Shown here one piece after another: positions 1 to 9,248 of a stretch of DNA of 64,000 bases. Made by a program: the position numbers and the translations under genes. The first letter of the stretch is position 1, and the number at the start of each line of letters is the position of its first letter. Source of the stretch: Oceanispirochaeta sp. GTDB taxonomy: Bacteria; Spirochaetota; Spirochaetia; DSM-2461. The stretch is taken from positions 96,001 through 160,000 of the forward strand of contig CAXXOA010000002.1 of the NCBI GenBank assembly GCA_963666275.2. Direction: 5' to 3'. The notes under the pieces were generated by a model, which ran no database searches, was not told the origin of the DNA, and worked only from the letters and a program-made list of their open reading frames with translations.

Positions 1-933
1 GATAGTAACCATTTTCTCAATGGATGTCCTTATCCTTTCCGCTGCGATCTGAGCTTCCTGCCTTCCGGAATTGCACAGGAGGACAGTAAACTCCTCTCCG
101 CCGAACCGGGAGATGATATCCCCCTCTCTGACACAGGTTTTTAATTGAGAGGCAAGGTGGAGAATGACCTCGTCTCCCGCCAGATGACCAAAGGTATCAT
201 TGAATGTCTTGAACTTATCAATATCCATGACAATCACCGAAAAAGGAAGTTTGTTCCGCTGACTCCGGGAAATCTGTTCATTCAGACGATGAATGAAAAA
301 GTTATGATTATACAGCCCGGTTTTAGAATCCTTCACAGAGTGTTCATAGTGGATGGTATTCTGGATGGCAATGGAAGTCAGACGCATAAGCCTGTCCATA
401 TAGGCGATTTCCTTGGCCGAATACTCTTCACCCAGAACCTTGGAACCGAACAGGATGATTCCGTAAAGTCCTGAGATGCCCAGGACGGGAACGACAATCT
501 CAGGGTTCAGATTTTTCAGTTCAGCAAGAACTCCGCTGCCGGCGATTTCCTGTTCCAGAATCAGAAAACTTGTGGTTCCCCTGTATTTCTGAAAGAAGAG
601 ATCCAGCTCCTCCAGGGATGTGATAGACAGTCCGGGATCGCATATTTTCATATTGTTATACCCCAGGACTTTGATCCTGTTGATCATAATCCCTTCATTC
701 AGGATGAATGTAAGAGTCGAGGGAATGAATTTATCCGAAAGGATTCTGATGATCAAATCTATCAGCTCCTCAATGGATTCCTTACGGAAAATCCTGTCGG
801 CATCCATGAGAAGCTCCTCCAGCTCGATATTCGCTTTCTTCTGTTCCTGTATCAGATCCAGGACACCGGTTTCGCTGAAGAGATTATAATTCTGAATCAC
901 CAGAGGATTCTGTGAAATTTCTTTCCAATCCAT
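1..933 (-). CDS. Diguanylate cyclase (GGDEF domain, DgcA-like); 3' end runs off the window
   Basis: Not in the ORF track. Read by hand: ATG at 933 (MDWKEISQNPLVIQNY...), with DIDKFK, GDEV and DIISRFGGEEF motifs near the window start. Confidence 0.85.
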   Translation of the reverse strand, partial: MDWKEISQNPLVIQNYNLFSETGVLDLIQEQKKANIELEELLMDADRIFRKESIEELIDLIIRILSDKFIPSTLTFILNEGIMINRIKVLGYNNMKICDPGLSITSLEELDLFFQKYRGTTSFLILEQEIAGSGVLAELKNLNPEIVVPVLGISGLYGIILFGSKVLGEEYSAKEIAYMDRLMRLTSIAIQNTIHYEHSVKDSKTGLYNHNFFIHRLNEQISRSQRNKLPFSVIVMDIDKFKTFNDTFGHLAGDEVILHLASQLKTCVREGDIISRFGGEEFTVLLCNSGRQEAQIAAERIRTSIEKMVTI

Positions 934-1194
934 AATCAGAAGGCATTATACTTCAAAAACCCCGATTTTTAAATAAAACTTTCTCTGTTCACTCAAGTGA
1001 AAACAACTTCTGCCATGTCCTTCAGGGGTGAATCAAAAATGAATTAAAGGGATTTATCCTCCCCCACAGGGGCTGCCGTATTGTGGATATTCCTAAAAAT
1101 AAACGCGGATATAGATCGAAATAACAGGAATGTAGGAATAATTTCCCTCCCGGGGACTTTCCACCGGATTGATTGTTCAATTAGCAATAAAAGA

Positions 1195-1214
1195 GATAGC
1201 AACTACCTGCTATC
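1195..1214. promoter_or_regulatory. Inverted repeat GATAGCA-N6-TGCTATC, candidate enhancer (bEBP) site
   Basis: Perfect 7-bp arms about 110-130 bp upstream of a sigma54 promoter. Confidence 0.45.
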
Positions 1215-1321
1215 AGGAAATTTTTCTACACAAATGTAATTAGAATACGCATTTCCCACATGCAAGTCGGGTTTTTTCGTAAAACGACAGGATCTCTTCC
1301 CATTTCTACTGAAAAGAACAA

Positions 1322-1338
1322 TTGGCATAGGAATTGCA
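1322..1338 (+). promoter_or_regulatory. Sigma54 (-24/-12) promoter of the aap operon
   Basis: TTGGCATAGGAATTGCA matches TGGCAY-N5-TTGCA with canonical GG/GC spacing, 36 nt before the ATG; GGAG RBS downstream. Confidence 0.8.
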
Positions 1339-1374
1339 CATACTTATCAAAACCAATTTCAACTGGAGAAATGT

Positions 1375-2466
1375 ATGTTCAAAAATTTTTTTTCAAAAGC
1401 AACTGTTCTGTCTGCTGCTCTGTTTATCAGTGCCGCATTCCTGTTTGTTTCCTGCGGATCAGAATCTGAATCCACAGAGACCGCTGCCGCAGCTCCCGCG
1501 GTAGAAGAAGTGAAATCTACTCTGGACCTTGTAAAGGAACGGGGAAAAGTTATTGTCGGTGTCACAGCCGGTGTACCCGGATATTCAGCACCTAACAGCG
1601 AAGGTGTCTGGGAAGGATTCGATGTCGACCTGGGAAGAGCTGTTGCGGCCGCTGTCCTTGGTGATGCCGATGCGATTGAATGCCGTCCTCTGAGCGCAAA
1701 AGAGAGATTTACTGCCCTGCAGTCCGGAGAGATCGATGTACTGAGCCGTGTAACAACATGGACTGCAACCAGAGACAGCCAGCTGGGTGTTAACTTTGCC
1801 GGCGTAAACTACTACGACGGTCAGGGATTCATGGTTGCCAAAGATTCAGGGATTACCTCTCTGGCAGACCTTGACGGAGCAACCATTGCTGTACAGTCAG
1901 GAACTACAACTGAGCTGAACCTTTCCGACTATTTCCGTAAAGAGGGAATGGAACTGGAACTCATTACTTTCGAAAAGAACGACCAGGCCTCTGCCGCTCT
2001 TGAAGCCGGACGTGCCGATGCTGTTACCAGCGACCAGTCACAGCTCTACGCTCTGAGAACCAAATTCCAGAATCCTGATAACTTTGTAATGCTCCCCGAG
2101 CTGATCTCAAAAGAACCCCTCGGACCCGTTGTCCGCCAGGGAGATGACCAGTGGTTCAACATTGTAAAATGGTGTCTTAATGTTATGCTGAATGCCGAAG
2201 AGTACGGTGTAACTTCCGCTAACGTGGATGAAATGAAAGCCAGCAGCACCAACCCCAATGTGAAAAGAATGCTCGGTGTGGAAGGAAAAGTGGCAGAAGG
2301 TTTCGGACTTTCCGATGACTTCGGTTACAACATCATCAAACTCGTAGGAAACTACGGTGAAAGCTTTGAAAGAAACCTGGGAATGGATTCTCCCCTGAAA
2401 ATCTCAAGAGGATTCAATGCACTGTGGACTGACGGCGGTCTTCAGTACGGAATGCCTATCCGCTAA
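1375..2466 (+). CDS. aapJ: General L-amino acid ABC transporter substrate-binding lipoprotein
   Basis: Lipobox FVSC; GFDVDLGRAVAAA, ERFTALQSGEIDVL, YYDGQGFMV, ISKEPLGPVVRQGD, VGNYGE motifs. Confidence 0.92.
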   Translation: MFKNFFSKATVLSAALFISAAFLFVSCGSESESTETAAAAPAVEEVKSTLDLVKERGKVIVGVTAGVPGYSAPNSEGVWEGFDVDLGRAVAAAVLGDADAIECRPLSAKERFTALQSGEIDVLSRVTTWTATRDSQLGVNFAGVNYYDGQGFMVAKDSGITSLADLDGATIAVQSGTTTELNLSDYFRKEGMELELITFEKNDQASAALEAGRADAVTSDQSQLYALRTKFQNPDNFVMLPELISKEPLGPVVRQGDDQWFNIVKWCLNVMLNAEEYGVTSANVDEMKASSTNPNVKRMLGVEGKVAEGFGLSDDFGYNIIKLVGNYGESFERNLGMDSPLKISRGFNALWTDGGLQYGMPIR

Positions 2467-2482
2467 TCAGCAGTAATCCGTT

Positions 2483-2509
2483 TTCCCCGGGCTGTTATGG
2501 TCCGGGGAA
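2483..2509 (+). terminator. Stem-loop after aapJ (partial terminator or mRNA stabiliser)
   Basis: TTCCCCGG...CCGGGGAA inverted repeat between the binding-protein and permease genes. Confidence 0.55.
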
Positions 2510-2541
2510 GTATCCATCCTTTTATACAGGTTTAATAATTC

Positions 2542-3711
2542 ATGAACAAATCAAAAGTCAAAAGCCTGAGTATGCAGACGGCTATCCTGGTACTTCTACT
2601 GGGAATGTTTGTCTACTTCGGCTTTAACTATATCGAAAACATCACCAAAAGGAATATCGGTTTCGGATACGGCTTTATGGACGACACAGCCGGATTTTCC
2701 ATAAGCCAGACCCTGATATCCTACACTGAAGCCGATACATTCGGCCGGACTTTTGTCATCGGACTTCTCAATACCCTGCTGGCGTCTTTTATAGGAATAC
2801 TGCTGGCAACTCTTCTGGGATTTCTCGTGGGACTGATGAGGATGTCAAAAAACAAACTCATAAGCGGTACAGCTCTGTTTTATGTGGAAATGCTGAGAAA
2901 TATCCCTCCCCTGCTCCATGTCCTATTCTGGTATCAGGTTGTTTTTCTGAATATTCTTCCCCCTTTTAAAGAGTCTTTCAAAGTGGGGGAATGGCTATAT
3001 ATCAATGTACGGGGCATTACGATTCCGTCCTTTATCCCCCAGGCGAATTCCTATACATACAACCTCATGATATTTGTCTGTATCATAGCGATTATCTACG
3101 TCAGTTATATGAAAAAACAGCTGATCCTCAGGGGTGTGCATAAAAGATTATGGCCCTGGCAGCTTCTGGCAGTGATCGGTCCTGTGGTAGCGGCGTTCAT
3201 AATGAGACCCTATGATGTTGTTCTGCCGGAACTGACAAAGTTCAAATTCTCCACAGGAATGACAATCCGTCCCGAGCTATTTTCCGTTGTTGTGGCTCTG
3301 GGAACCTACACCTCAACCTACATCTCGGAAATTGTCCGCAGTTCTATTCTGGCTGTCCCCAAAGGTCAGCTGGAAGCGGCTAAAAGTCTGGGTTTTGCTC
3401 CCTACAGGAGACTGCAGCTTGTCATTATTCCCCAGGCTATGAGGACAATGATTCCCCCTGTGACAAACCAGTACCTGAACCTCATAAAGAATACATCTCT
3501 CGGTATGGCTGTGGCCTATCCCGATCTGACCTCCATATTTGCGGGAACCACACTGAACCAGACCGGAAGAGCCCTGGAAGTAATGGCTCTTGTCATGATC
3601 ACCTACCTGAGTATCAGCCTTGTGACTTCCATACTGATGAACTGGTACAACAAAAGCATCATTGACCGCAAAGGAGATATGCTGAAGAAGGAGGATATCC
3701 CCCTTGACTGA
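2542..3711 (+). CDS. aapQ: Amino acid ABC transporter permease
   Basis: GLLNTLL, YVEMLRNIPPLL, EAA loop (GQLEAAKSLG), NQYLNLIKNTSL, TLNQTG. Confidence 0.9.
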   Translation: MNKSKVKSLSMQTAILVLLLGMFVYFGFNYIENITKRNIGFGYGFMDDTAGFSISQTLISYTEADTFGRTFVIGLLNTLLASFIGILLATLLGFLVGLMRMSKNKLISGTALFYVEMLRNIPPLLHVLFWYQVVFLNILPPFKESFKVGEWLYINVRGITIPSFIPQANSYTYNLMIFVCIIAIIYVSYMKKQLILRGVHKRLWPWQLLAVIGPVVAAFIMRPYDVVLPELTKFKFSTGMTIRPELFSVVVALGTYTSTYISEIVRSSILAVPKGQLEAAKSLGFAPYRRLQLVIIPQAMRTMIPPVTNQYLNLIKNTSLGMAVAYPDLTSIFAGTTLNQTGRALEVMALVMITYLSISLVTSILMNWYNKSIIDRKGDMLKKEDIPLD

Positions 3712-4789
3712 TAAAATCAAAGGCACAATCCACACGATAAGAAAAGATTTTTTCAATACCCCGGGCAATGCCATACTTTCACTGCTGATGCTCTTCTTCG
3801 TTGTAAAAGTAGGTATATGGTTTATCAACTGGGCATTTATCAACGCCGTCTGGATAGGCGATACCAACGAAGTTGCCAGTCCCGACGGAGCCACCTGGGC
3901 GTTTATCATCAATAAACTGAGATTTTTCATGTTCGGGTTTTATCCTAAAGCCCATCTCTGGAGAATCATTGCCACTCTCCTTCTGATGGCAGCCACAATG
4001 ATTCCCTACTTTCTGAAGGCTATCAAACATAAAGTCCTTGTATTTGCCGGACAGATGGTAATCTGGCCTCTGATCATAGGCTTTTTCCTGGCTGGCGGCA
4101 TGGGACTTGAAAAAGTATCCACCAATGACTGGGGCGGCCTGACTCTGACATTTATCCTGTCGGCCCTGGGTCTGATGTACTCTTTTCCCGTAGGTATATT
4201 CCTGGCTCTGGGAAGAAGAAGCGAAAAAAAAATCATCCGGTCTCTCAGTATTGCCTATATTGAGTTTTTCCGCGGGATCCCTCTGATTACCATCCTGTTT
4301 ATGGCATCGGTGGTTGTCCCCTTCTTTCTCCCCAGTCAGGTTTCCATTGACAAGATTATCCGTGTTGTTATCGGTATGACCTTTTTCCAGTCGGCCTATC
4401 TGGCGGAGGTCATAAGGGGCGGTCTTCAGGCCATCCCCAAGGGACAGTATGAAGCGGCGGATTCTCTGGGTTTCCGCTTCGGACTGCAGCAGTACCTGGT
4501 AATCATGCCTCAGGTTCTTAAAGTGACTGTTTCGAATATCGGCGGGATTTCCATCTCCTTTATCAAGGACACCACGCTGGTACTGATCATCGGAATGTTT
4601 GACCTTCTGGGAATTGTAAGCCCCCTTGCCAGCGACAGCAACTGGCTGGGAATGGAGCCGGAAGGACTGATTTTTGCCGGGATCGTATACTGGATTATCT
4701 GTTTCAGTATTTCCCGTCTCACCTACAAGGTGGAAGAAAAAGTGAATACACTGCCTGTAACGACAGCAGGTGGAGGAGCAAAGAAATGA
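3704..4789 (+). CDS. aapM: Amino acid ABC transporter permease
   Basis: [45 protein letters not shown]; overlaps aapQ. Confidence 0.9.
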   Translation: MTDKIKGTIHTIRKDFFNTPGNAILSLLMLFFVVKVGIWFINWAFINAVWIGDTNEVASPDGATWAFIINKLRFFMFGFYPKAHLWRIIATLLLMAATMIPYFLKAIKHKVLVFAGQMVIWPLIIGFFLAGGMGLEKVSTNDWGGLTLTFILSALGLMYSFPVGIFLALGRRSEKKIIRSLSIAYIEFFRGIPLITILFMASVVVPFFLPSQVSIDKIIRVVIGMTFFQSAYLAEVIRGGLQAIPKGQYEAADSLGFRFGLQQYLVIMPQVLKVTVSNIGGISISFIKDTTLVLIIGMFDLLGIVSPLASDSNWLGMEPEGLIFAGIVYWIICFSISRLTYKVEEKVNTLPVTTAGGGAKK

Positions 4790-5571
4790 CAGAACTGAAA
4801 GAAAAACCCGCAGTCAGCGAAACTGCCAATCCCGACCATATTATATCTATCTCCAATCTCAACAAATGGTACGATGAGTTTCATGTACTGATCGATGTGA
4901 ACCTGAATGTTGCCCCGGGTGAAAAAATCGTTATCTGCGGTCCCTCGGGATCCGGAAAATCCACCCTGATCCGCTGTATAAACCGTCTGGAAAAGCACCA
5001 GAAGGGTGTTATCAACGTAATGGGTAACGAACTGACCGAAGATACCAAAGATGTCTCTCTGATCAGACAGGAAGTAGGGATGGTATTTCAGAGCTTCAAC
5101 CTGTTCCCCCATCTGACAATCCTGCAGAATCTGACTCTGGCTCCCATCTGGATCAGAAAAATGTCCCAGAAAGAGGCGGAGAAGATAGCCTGGAAATATC
5201 TGAAAAGGGTTAATATCGCCGAACACGCCCTGAAATTCCCGACACAGCTTTCGGGAGGTCAGCAGCAGCGGGCCGCCATTGCCAGGAGCCTGTGCATGCA
5301 GCCGAAAATCATGCTCTTTGATGAACCCACATCCGCTCTGGATCCGGAAATGGTAAATGAAGTTCTGGATGTTATGGTGACCCTGGCGGATGAGGGAATG
5401 ACCATGCTCTGCGTAACCCATGAGATGGGTTTTGCCCGCCGGGTTGCTGACCACGTTATTTTTATGGACGAAGGAAGAATCGTGGAGAGACAGGTTCCGG
5501 AGAAGTTCTTTACAGAACCGGAAAATGAAAGAACACGGCAGTTCCTCAAACAGATCCACGCCATCTCCTGA
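4786..5571 (+). CDS. aapP: Amino acid ABC transporter ATP-binding protein
   Basis: Walker [10 protein letters not shown], signature LSGGQQQR, Walker [22 protein letters not shown]. Confidence 0.93.
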   Translation: MTELKEKPAVSETANPDHIISISNLNKWYDEFHVLIDVNLNVAPGEKIVICGPSGSGKSTLIRCINRLEKHQKGVINVMGNELTEDTKDVSLIRQEVGMVFQSFNLFPHLTILQNLTLAPIWIRKMSQKEAEKIAWKYLKRVNIAEHALKFPTQLSGGQQQRAAIARSLCMQPKIMLFDEPTSALDPEMVNEVLDVMVTLADEGMTMLCVTHEMGFARRVADHVIFMDEGRIVERQVPEKFFTEPENERTRQFLKQIHAIS

Positions 5572-5577
5572 TCTGTT

Positions 5578-6198
5578 ATGACGATTGCGGCGCTTTCCGG
5601 TTTTTCCGCTGCCATGTTCGTTCTGGCAGCATCTCCCGGCCCGGGAGTATTGGCAGTGATAAGTCAGTCTCTGTCATCCGGGCTGAGAAAAAGCCTCTAT
5701 ATTGTCGCCGGAATCGTCACTGGTGATCTTCTCTATCTGATTTTTGCCCTTACAGGACTGACCTATATTGCCAGAAACATGGACTTCCTTTTCCTGCTCA
5801 TCCGCCTGGCAGGTGGTTTCTATCTTATCCTGATGGGACTAAGAGCTGTGTTCGGCAAAGAATCATCCGATTCAGAAGAGAGCCGGACTTCCGGAAAAGG
5901 GTCTCCGTCCAGGATCTATCTGAGCGGTCTGACGGTCACACTCTCCAATCCGAAGGCCATACTTTTCTACTGCGGATTTCTACCGGCTTTTACCGATCTG
6001 ACAGGGTTAACATTCCGGGATGGTTTTATCATTTCTGTTCTGATAACCCTCATACTGGGGAGCGTTATGATATTCTATGCTTTTCTGGCGGCTTCGGCAG
6101 GACAGAGACTGAGTTCTCCGAAAGGGAAAAAATGGCTGAACCGGGGAGCCGGCAGTATCATGACACTGGCAGGAACCATGCTGATTGTAAAAAAATAG
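5578..6198 (+). CDS. LysE/RhtB family amino acid exporter
   Basis: SPGPG, GIVTGD, LSNPKAILFY; hydrophobic, 206 aa. Confidence 0.9.
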   Translation: MTIAALSGFSAAMFVLAASPGPGVLAVISQSLSSGLRKSLYIVAGIVTGDLLYLIFALTGLTYIARNMDFLFLLIRLAGGFYLILMGLRAVFGKESSDSEESRTSGKGSPSRIYLSGLTVTLSNPKAILFYCGFLPAFTDLTGLTFRDGFIISVLITLILGSVMIFYAFLAASAGQRLSSPKGKKWLNRGAGSIMTLAGTMLIVKK

Positions 6199-6213
6199 GA
6201 ATGAAGTGCCCCT

Positions 6214-6693
6214 CTAATCATCCTGGCTGAGGATCCTATCCAGCAGAACACAGGCAAATGAAATCATATTCTTGCAGGTGGACTCGAAGATTTCCGATTC
6301 CCGGACTTTCTGCAGACCACCGGGTTCATGGAAATTCACCCCTACCAGTTCCAGGCAGTTGACGGAGTGGTATTTCTTCTCGAAAGTTTTAATAAAAGTC
6401 TGGGTTTTTTCAAAAATGAGCTGTCTGCTTCCGAAAATTTCTTCATCCGAATAGTAGTAGTTCCCTATAACCATTGCCGCACCTGTAATAATACCGCAAA
6501 CAGACTGAACAGTCCCGAGACCGTAACCGAAGGCAGACGCATTCCTGAGGGCCGCATCCTTATCCATTCCGATTTTTTCACTGAAAGCAAACAGGATGGA
6601 CTGAGAACTGTTGTACCCTTTTCTATGAAGAGAAATCGCCTTTTCCGCAGCGCTGAGGAGCTTTGTCGATTTTAATGCCTGAGTACCCGCCAT
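6214..6693 (-). CDS. C_GCAxxG_C_C family putative redox protein (first Cys replaced by Ser)
   Basis: GYNSSQS..AFGYGLG..VCGIITGA..SVNCLEL..TCKNMI pattern. Confidence 0.8.
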   Translation of the reverse strand: MAGTQALKSTKLLSAAEKAISLHRKGYNSSQSILFAFSEKIGMDKDAALRNASAFGYGLGTVQSVCGIITGAAMVIGNYYYSDEEIFGSRQLIFEKTQTFIKTFEKKYHSVNCLELVGVNFHEPGGLQKVRESEIFESTCKNMISFACVLLDRILSQDD

Positions 6694-6908
6694 AGAAAAA
6701 CCGCCTTTCAGGATCTAGTGATCCATTAATAATAGGACGGGTGTAGACGGAAGACAATACAACTTTAGTTCCATAATCTTTTTTTTTAATATTTCATTAA
6801 TATAATCAGAAAGGGATGAGACAAAAAAGTAAATAAAATCCACAGAAAAGGGAGTATATCTCCGGAACAGATCCCCTGCTTCGGGCTCAGCTCCGGAGAG
6901 TAAAGGGT

Positions 6909-7973
6909 TTATTTATCCGAAAAGAATTCCGCTGCGGCTTTCACCTGCTGGGAAGCACCCTTTTTACAGACAAGGAGTTTTCCCTTTTCCATGACCACAA
7001 TAAGGTCATCAACTCCGCAGAAGGCCACGGGGATATCTCCGTAGACGAAATTCCCTGATCCTCCTGTTTCGAATACAGGCTGTCTGGAGGGGGGATTCAG
7101 CTGAGCGATAACATCCCAGCTACCCACATCGTTCCAGTCAAACCCGGCGCTGACCATGGCAATCTTCCCGCTCTTTTCCATCAGGGCATAATCGATACTG
7201 TCTCTGGGCAGGCCTTTATAAAGCTCAGTCAGCTGAGCATCGGGATTCACAAAGGTGACTTTACCGGAAACTTCTCCGGCAGGGAATGGGAATCCCTTTT
7301 CAAAGGGCAGGACCATCTCCGGAGTACCCGCTTTCAGTTCCTCTGTAAAAGTATCAAGCCTGTAGGTAAACATTCCGGAATTCCAGAAGAAGTTTCCTGC
7401 ATTCAGGAACTCTTCCGCAGTTTTCTGATCCGGCTTCTCCTTAAAAGAGAGAACCCTGTAACCGGGGGCTTCTTTCTCTCCCGCTTCAATATATCCGTAA
7501 CCGGTTGAAGGGAAGCCCGGTTTGATGCCGAAAACCACAAGAAACCCTTTCTCCGCCAGCAAAGAGGCATCTTCCGCATCTTTGCCGAAGGCCTCTACAT
7601 TCTCTATCAGATGATCCGCCGCCAGAACGAGAACAACGGCCCTGTCATTTCCGCCCGCTTTCTTCAGCCAGGCGGCTGCATAGGAAAGAGCCGGTGCTGT
7701 GTTGCGGGCTTCTGGTTCCGCCAGGAGAATCAGCTTGCTTCTGATCTCTTCCGGCAGGGAGGAGGCATCCTCCAGCGCCGCGGGGACATGATCCTTGTGG
7801 GTAACCACAACAATTTTTCCGGAGAGATTCAGCGAAGCTGCCCTTTCCACCGTGGAGCAGAAGAGAGAAGACTCTCCCTGTACTGTCATAAACTGCTTGG
7901 GCCGTTCCGCGTGTGAGGCGGGCCAAAGTCGTTTTCCTGCTCCGCCTGCCATAATAATTACATGATCAATCAA
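6909..7973 (-). CDS. manC: Mannose-1-phosphate guanylyltransferase
   Basis: IMAGGAGKRLWPAS..PKQF, EPEARNTAPA, ADHLI, TGYGYIE, FKEKPD, WNSGMF, SIDYALMEK, WNDVGSW; no C-terminal cupin domain. Confidence 0.9.
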   Translation of the reverse strand: MIDHVIIMAGGAGKRLWPASHAERPKQFMTVQGESSLFCSTVERAASLNLSGKIVVVTHKDHVPAALEDASSLPEEIRSKLILLAEPEARNTAPALSYAAAWLKKAGGNDRAVVLVLAADHLIENVEAFGKDAEDASLLAEKGFLVVFGIKPGFPSTGYGYIEAGEKEAPGYRVLSFKEKPDQKTAEEFLNAGNFFWNSGMFTYRLDTFTEELKAGTPEMVLPFEKGFPFPAGEVSGKVTFVNPDAQLTELYKGLPRDSIDYALMEKSGKIAMVSAGFDWNDVGSWDVIAQLNPPSRQPVFETGGSGNFVYGDIPVAFCGVDDLIVVMEKGKLLVCKKGASQQVKAAAEFFSDK

Positions 7974-8092
7974 AATAATCCTTCCTTGTTTAATTCTTCT
8001 AATCGGGATCTAAATTTCATCAGGAACGCTCGACTAATGTCTCTATCCATTATAATATTGGAAATTATCTTGAATTTCTACAGGAGACTTAT

Positions 8093-9178
8093 ATGGCTTT
8101 TACGCTGTCCATCTACCCCTGGGTATACGTTGGAAAATATGAAAATACTTGGACCGGAAAATACTTGGAACAGGAACATCTGACACCTGAAGAAGAGGCC
8201 CGGCTCAGCGAAAAAGACCATAGTGCTCTGATGGAAAAAAGGAACTCTTTTCCTGAGCTCCCGCTGGTAAACTATACCAGTCAGTACGGGATGGGCTGTT
8301 TCGAAGGTGCCAAGGCCCTGCCCCAGAAAGACGGCGGCCTGAAGGTGTTCCGCCCTGAAGAAAATGCGAAACGGATGGCCAGATCCATGGAAGGCCTCCA
8401 CATGCCTCCTGTAGATGTTGACTTCTGTACAGATGCGATCCTCGGAGTCCCCGGAAGAAACGAAAAACTGGGATTTTCCGTACAATACGACAGTGCCTGG
8501 GAAAAGGACAACTTTCTGAATGCCGGATCCATCTACCTGAGACCTTTTACATGGTCAGAACCGGGAATCGGAATCGGCCTGGCTCAGAAACCCTGGCTGG
8601 TTGTTGTCTCCACTCCTGTATCCGCCTATTTCACCTCATCCAATTTTGATGCGGTCACCACGGATATGATCCGGGCCACCCCGAAGGGAACAGGATGGAT
8701 CAAATGCGACGCCAATTATGTAATCCCCGCCCTGGCAAAGAAAAAAGCCGGTGAAAAGGGATACATGGAGGCTATTTTCCTGGACTCCAGAGAGGGGAAA
8801 TACATTGAAGAAGGTTCCTCCTGCAACTTCTTCTGCCTGACTTCAGAGGGAACTCTTGTCACTCCCGAACTGGGAGATACAATTCTGCCCGGTATCACAA
8901 GAAAGAGTATTATCCAGCTGGCACAGGACAGAGGTATAAAGGTAGAGGAGAGAAAACTCTCCATTGAAGAGGTTCAGGACAGCGCAGCAGAATGCTTTGT
9001 CACCGGAACAGCTGCCGGCATAACACCCATAACCTCCATAACCCATCGGGGAAGGAAAAGTGTTTTCGGAAACGGAGATCCCCAGGAACTGACCATGTCT
9101 CTTCTTCAGGAACTCAAAGGGATTCAGTACGGTGTGATAGAAGACCGTTACGGATGGATGGTTCCTGTAAAAAGCTGA
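8093..9178 (+). CDS. ilvE: Branched-chain amino acid aminotransferase (class IV)
   Basis: YGMGCFEGAKA, FRPEENAKRM, YLRPF, KCDANY (PLP Lys), ILPGITRKS, ECFVTGTAAGITPI. Confidence 0.92.
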   Translation: MAFTLSIYPWVYVGKYENTWTGKYLEQEHLTPEEEARLSEKDHSALMEKRNSFPELPLVNYTSQYGMGCFEGAKALPQKDGGLKVFRPEENAKRMARSMEGLHMPPVDVDFCTDAILGVPGRNEKLGFSVQYDSAWEKDNFLNAGSIYLRPFTWSEPGIGIGLAQKPWLVVVSTPVSAYFTSSNFDAVTTDMIRATPKGTGWIKCDANYVIPALAKKKAGEKGYMEAIFLDSREGKYIEEGSSCNFFCLTSEGTLVTPELGDTILPGITRKSIIQLAQDRGIKVEERKLSIEEVQDSAAECFVTGTAAGITPITSITHRGRKSVFGNGDPQELTMSLLQELKGIQYGVIEDRYGWMVPVKS

Positions 9179-9219
9179 GTTCATTCCATTCTATAGAGAG
9201 ATTATACAGCCAGAAAGAA

Positions 9220-9248
9220 GGCCTCCCGGGAAGGGAGGCCGTTTTTTT
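9220..9248 (+). terminator. Intrinsic terminator between convergent ilvE and flcA
   Basis: GGCCTCCC-GGGAA-GGGAGGCC followed by a T7 tract. Confidence 0.8.

Noticed and set aside
145..889. Plus-strand ORFs 145-474 and 620-889
   Set aside because: Antisense to the minus-strand diguanylate cyclase, which the track missed because it runs off the window.
934..1374. Riboswitch or T-box in the long region upstream of aapJ
   Set aside because: No recognisable aptamer or T-box motif; a sigma54 promoter close to the start leaves only a short leader.
6214..6693. Selenocysteine or other recoding in the redox-type proteins
   Set aside because: No in-frame TGA at the Cys positions; the variant codon is AGT.
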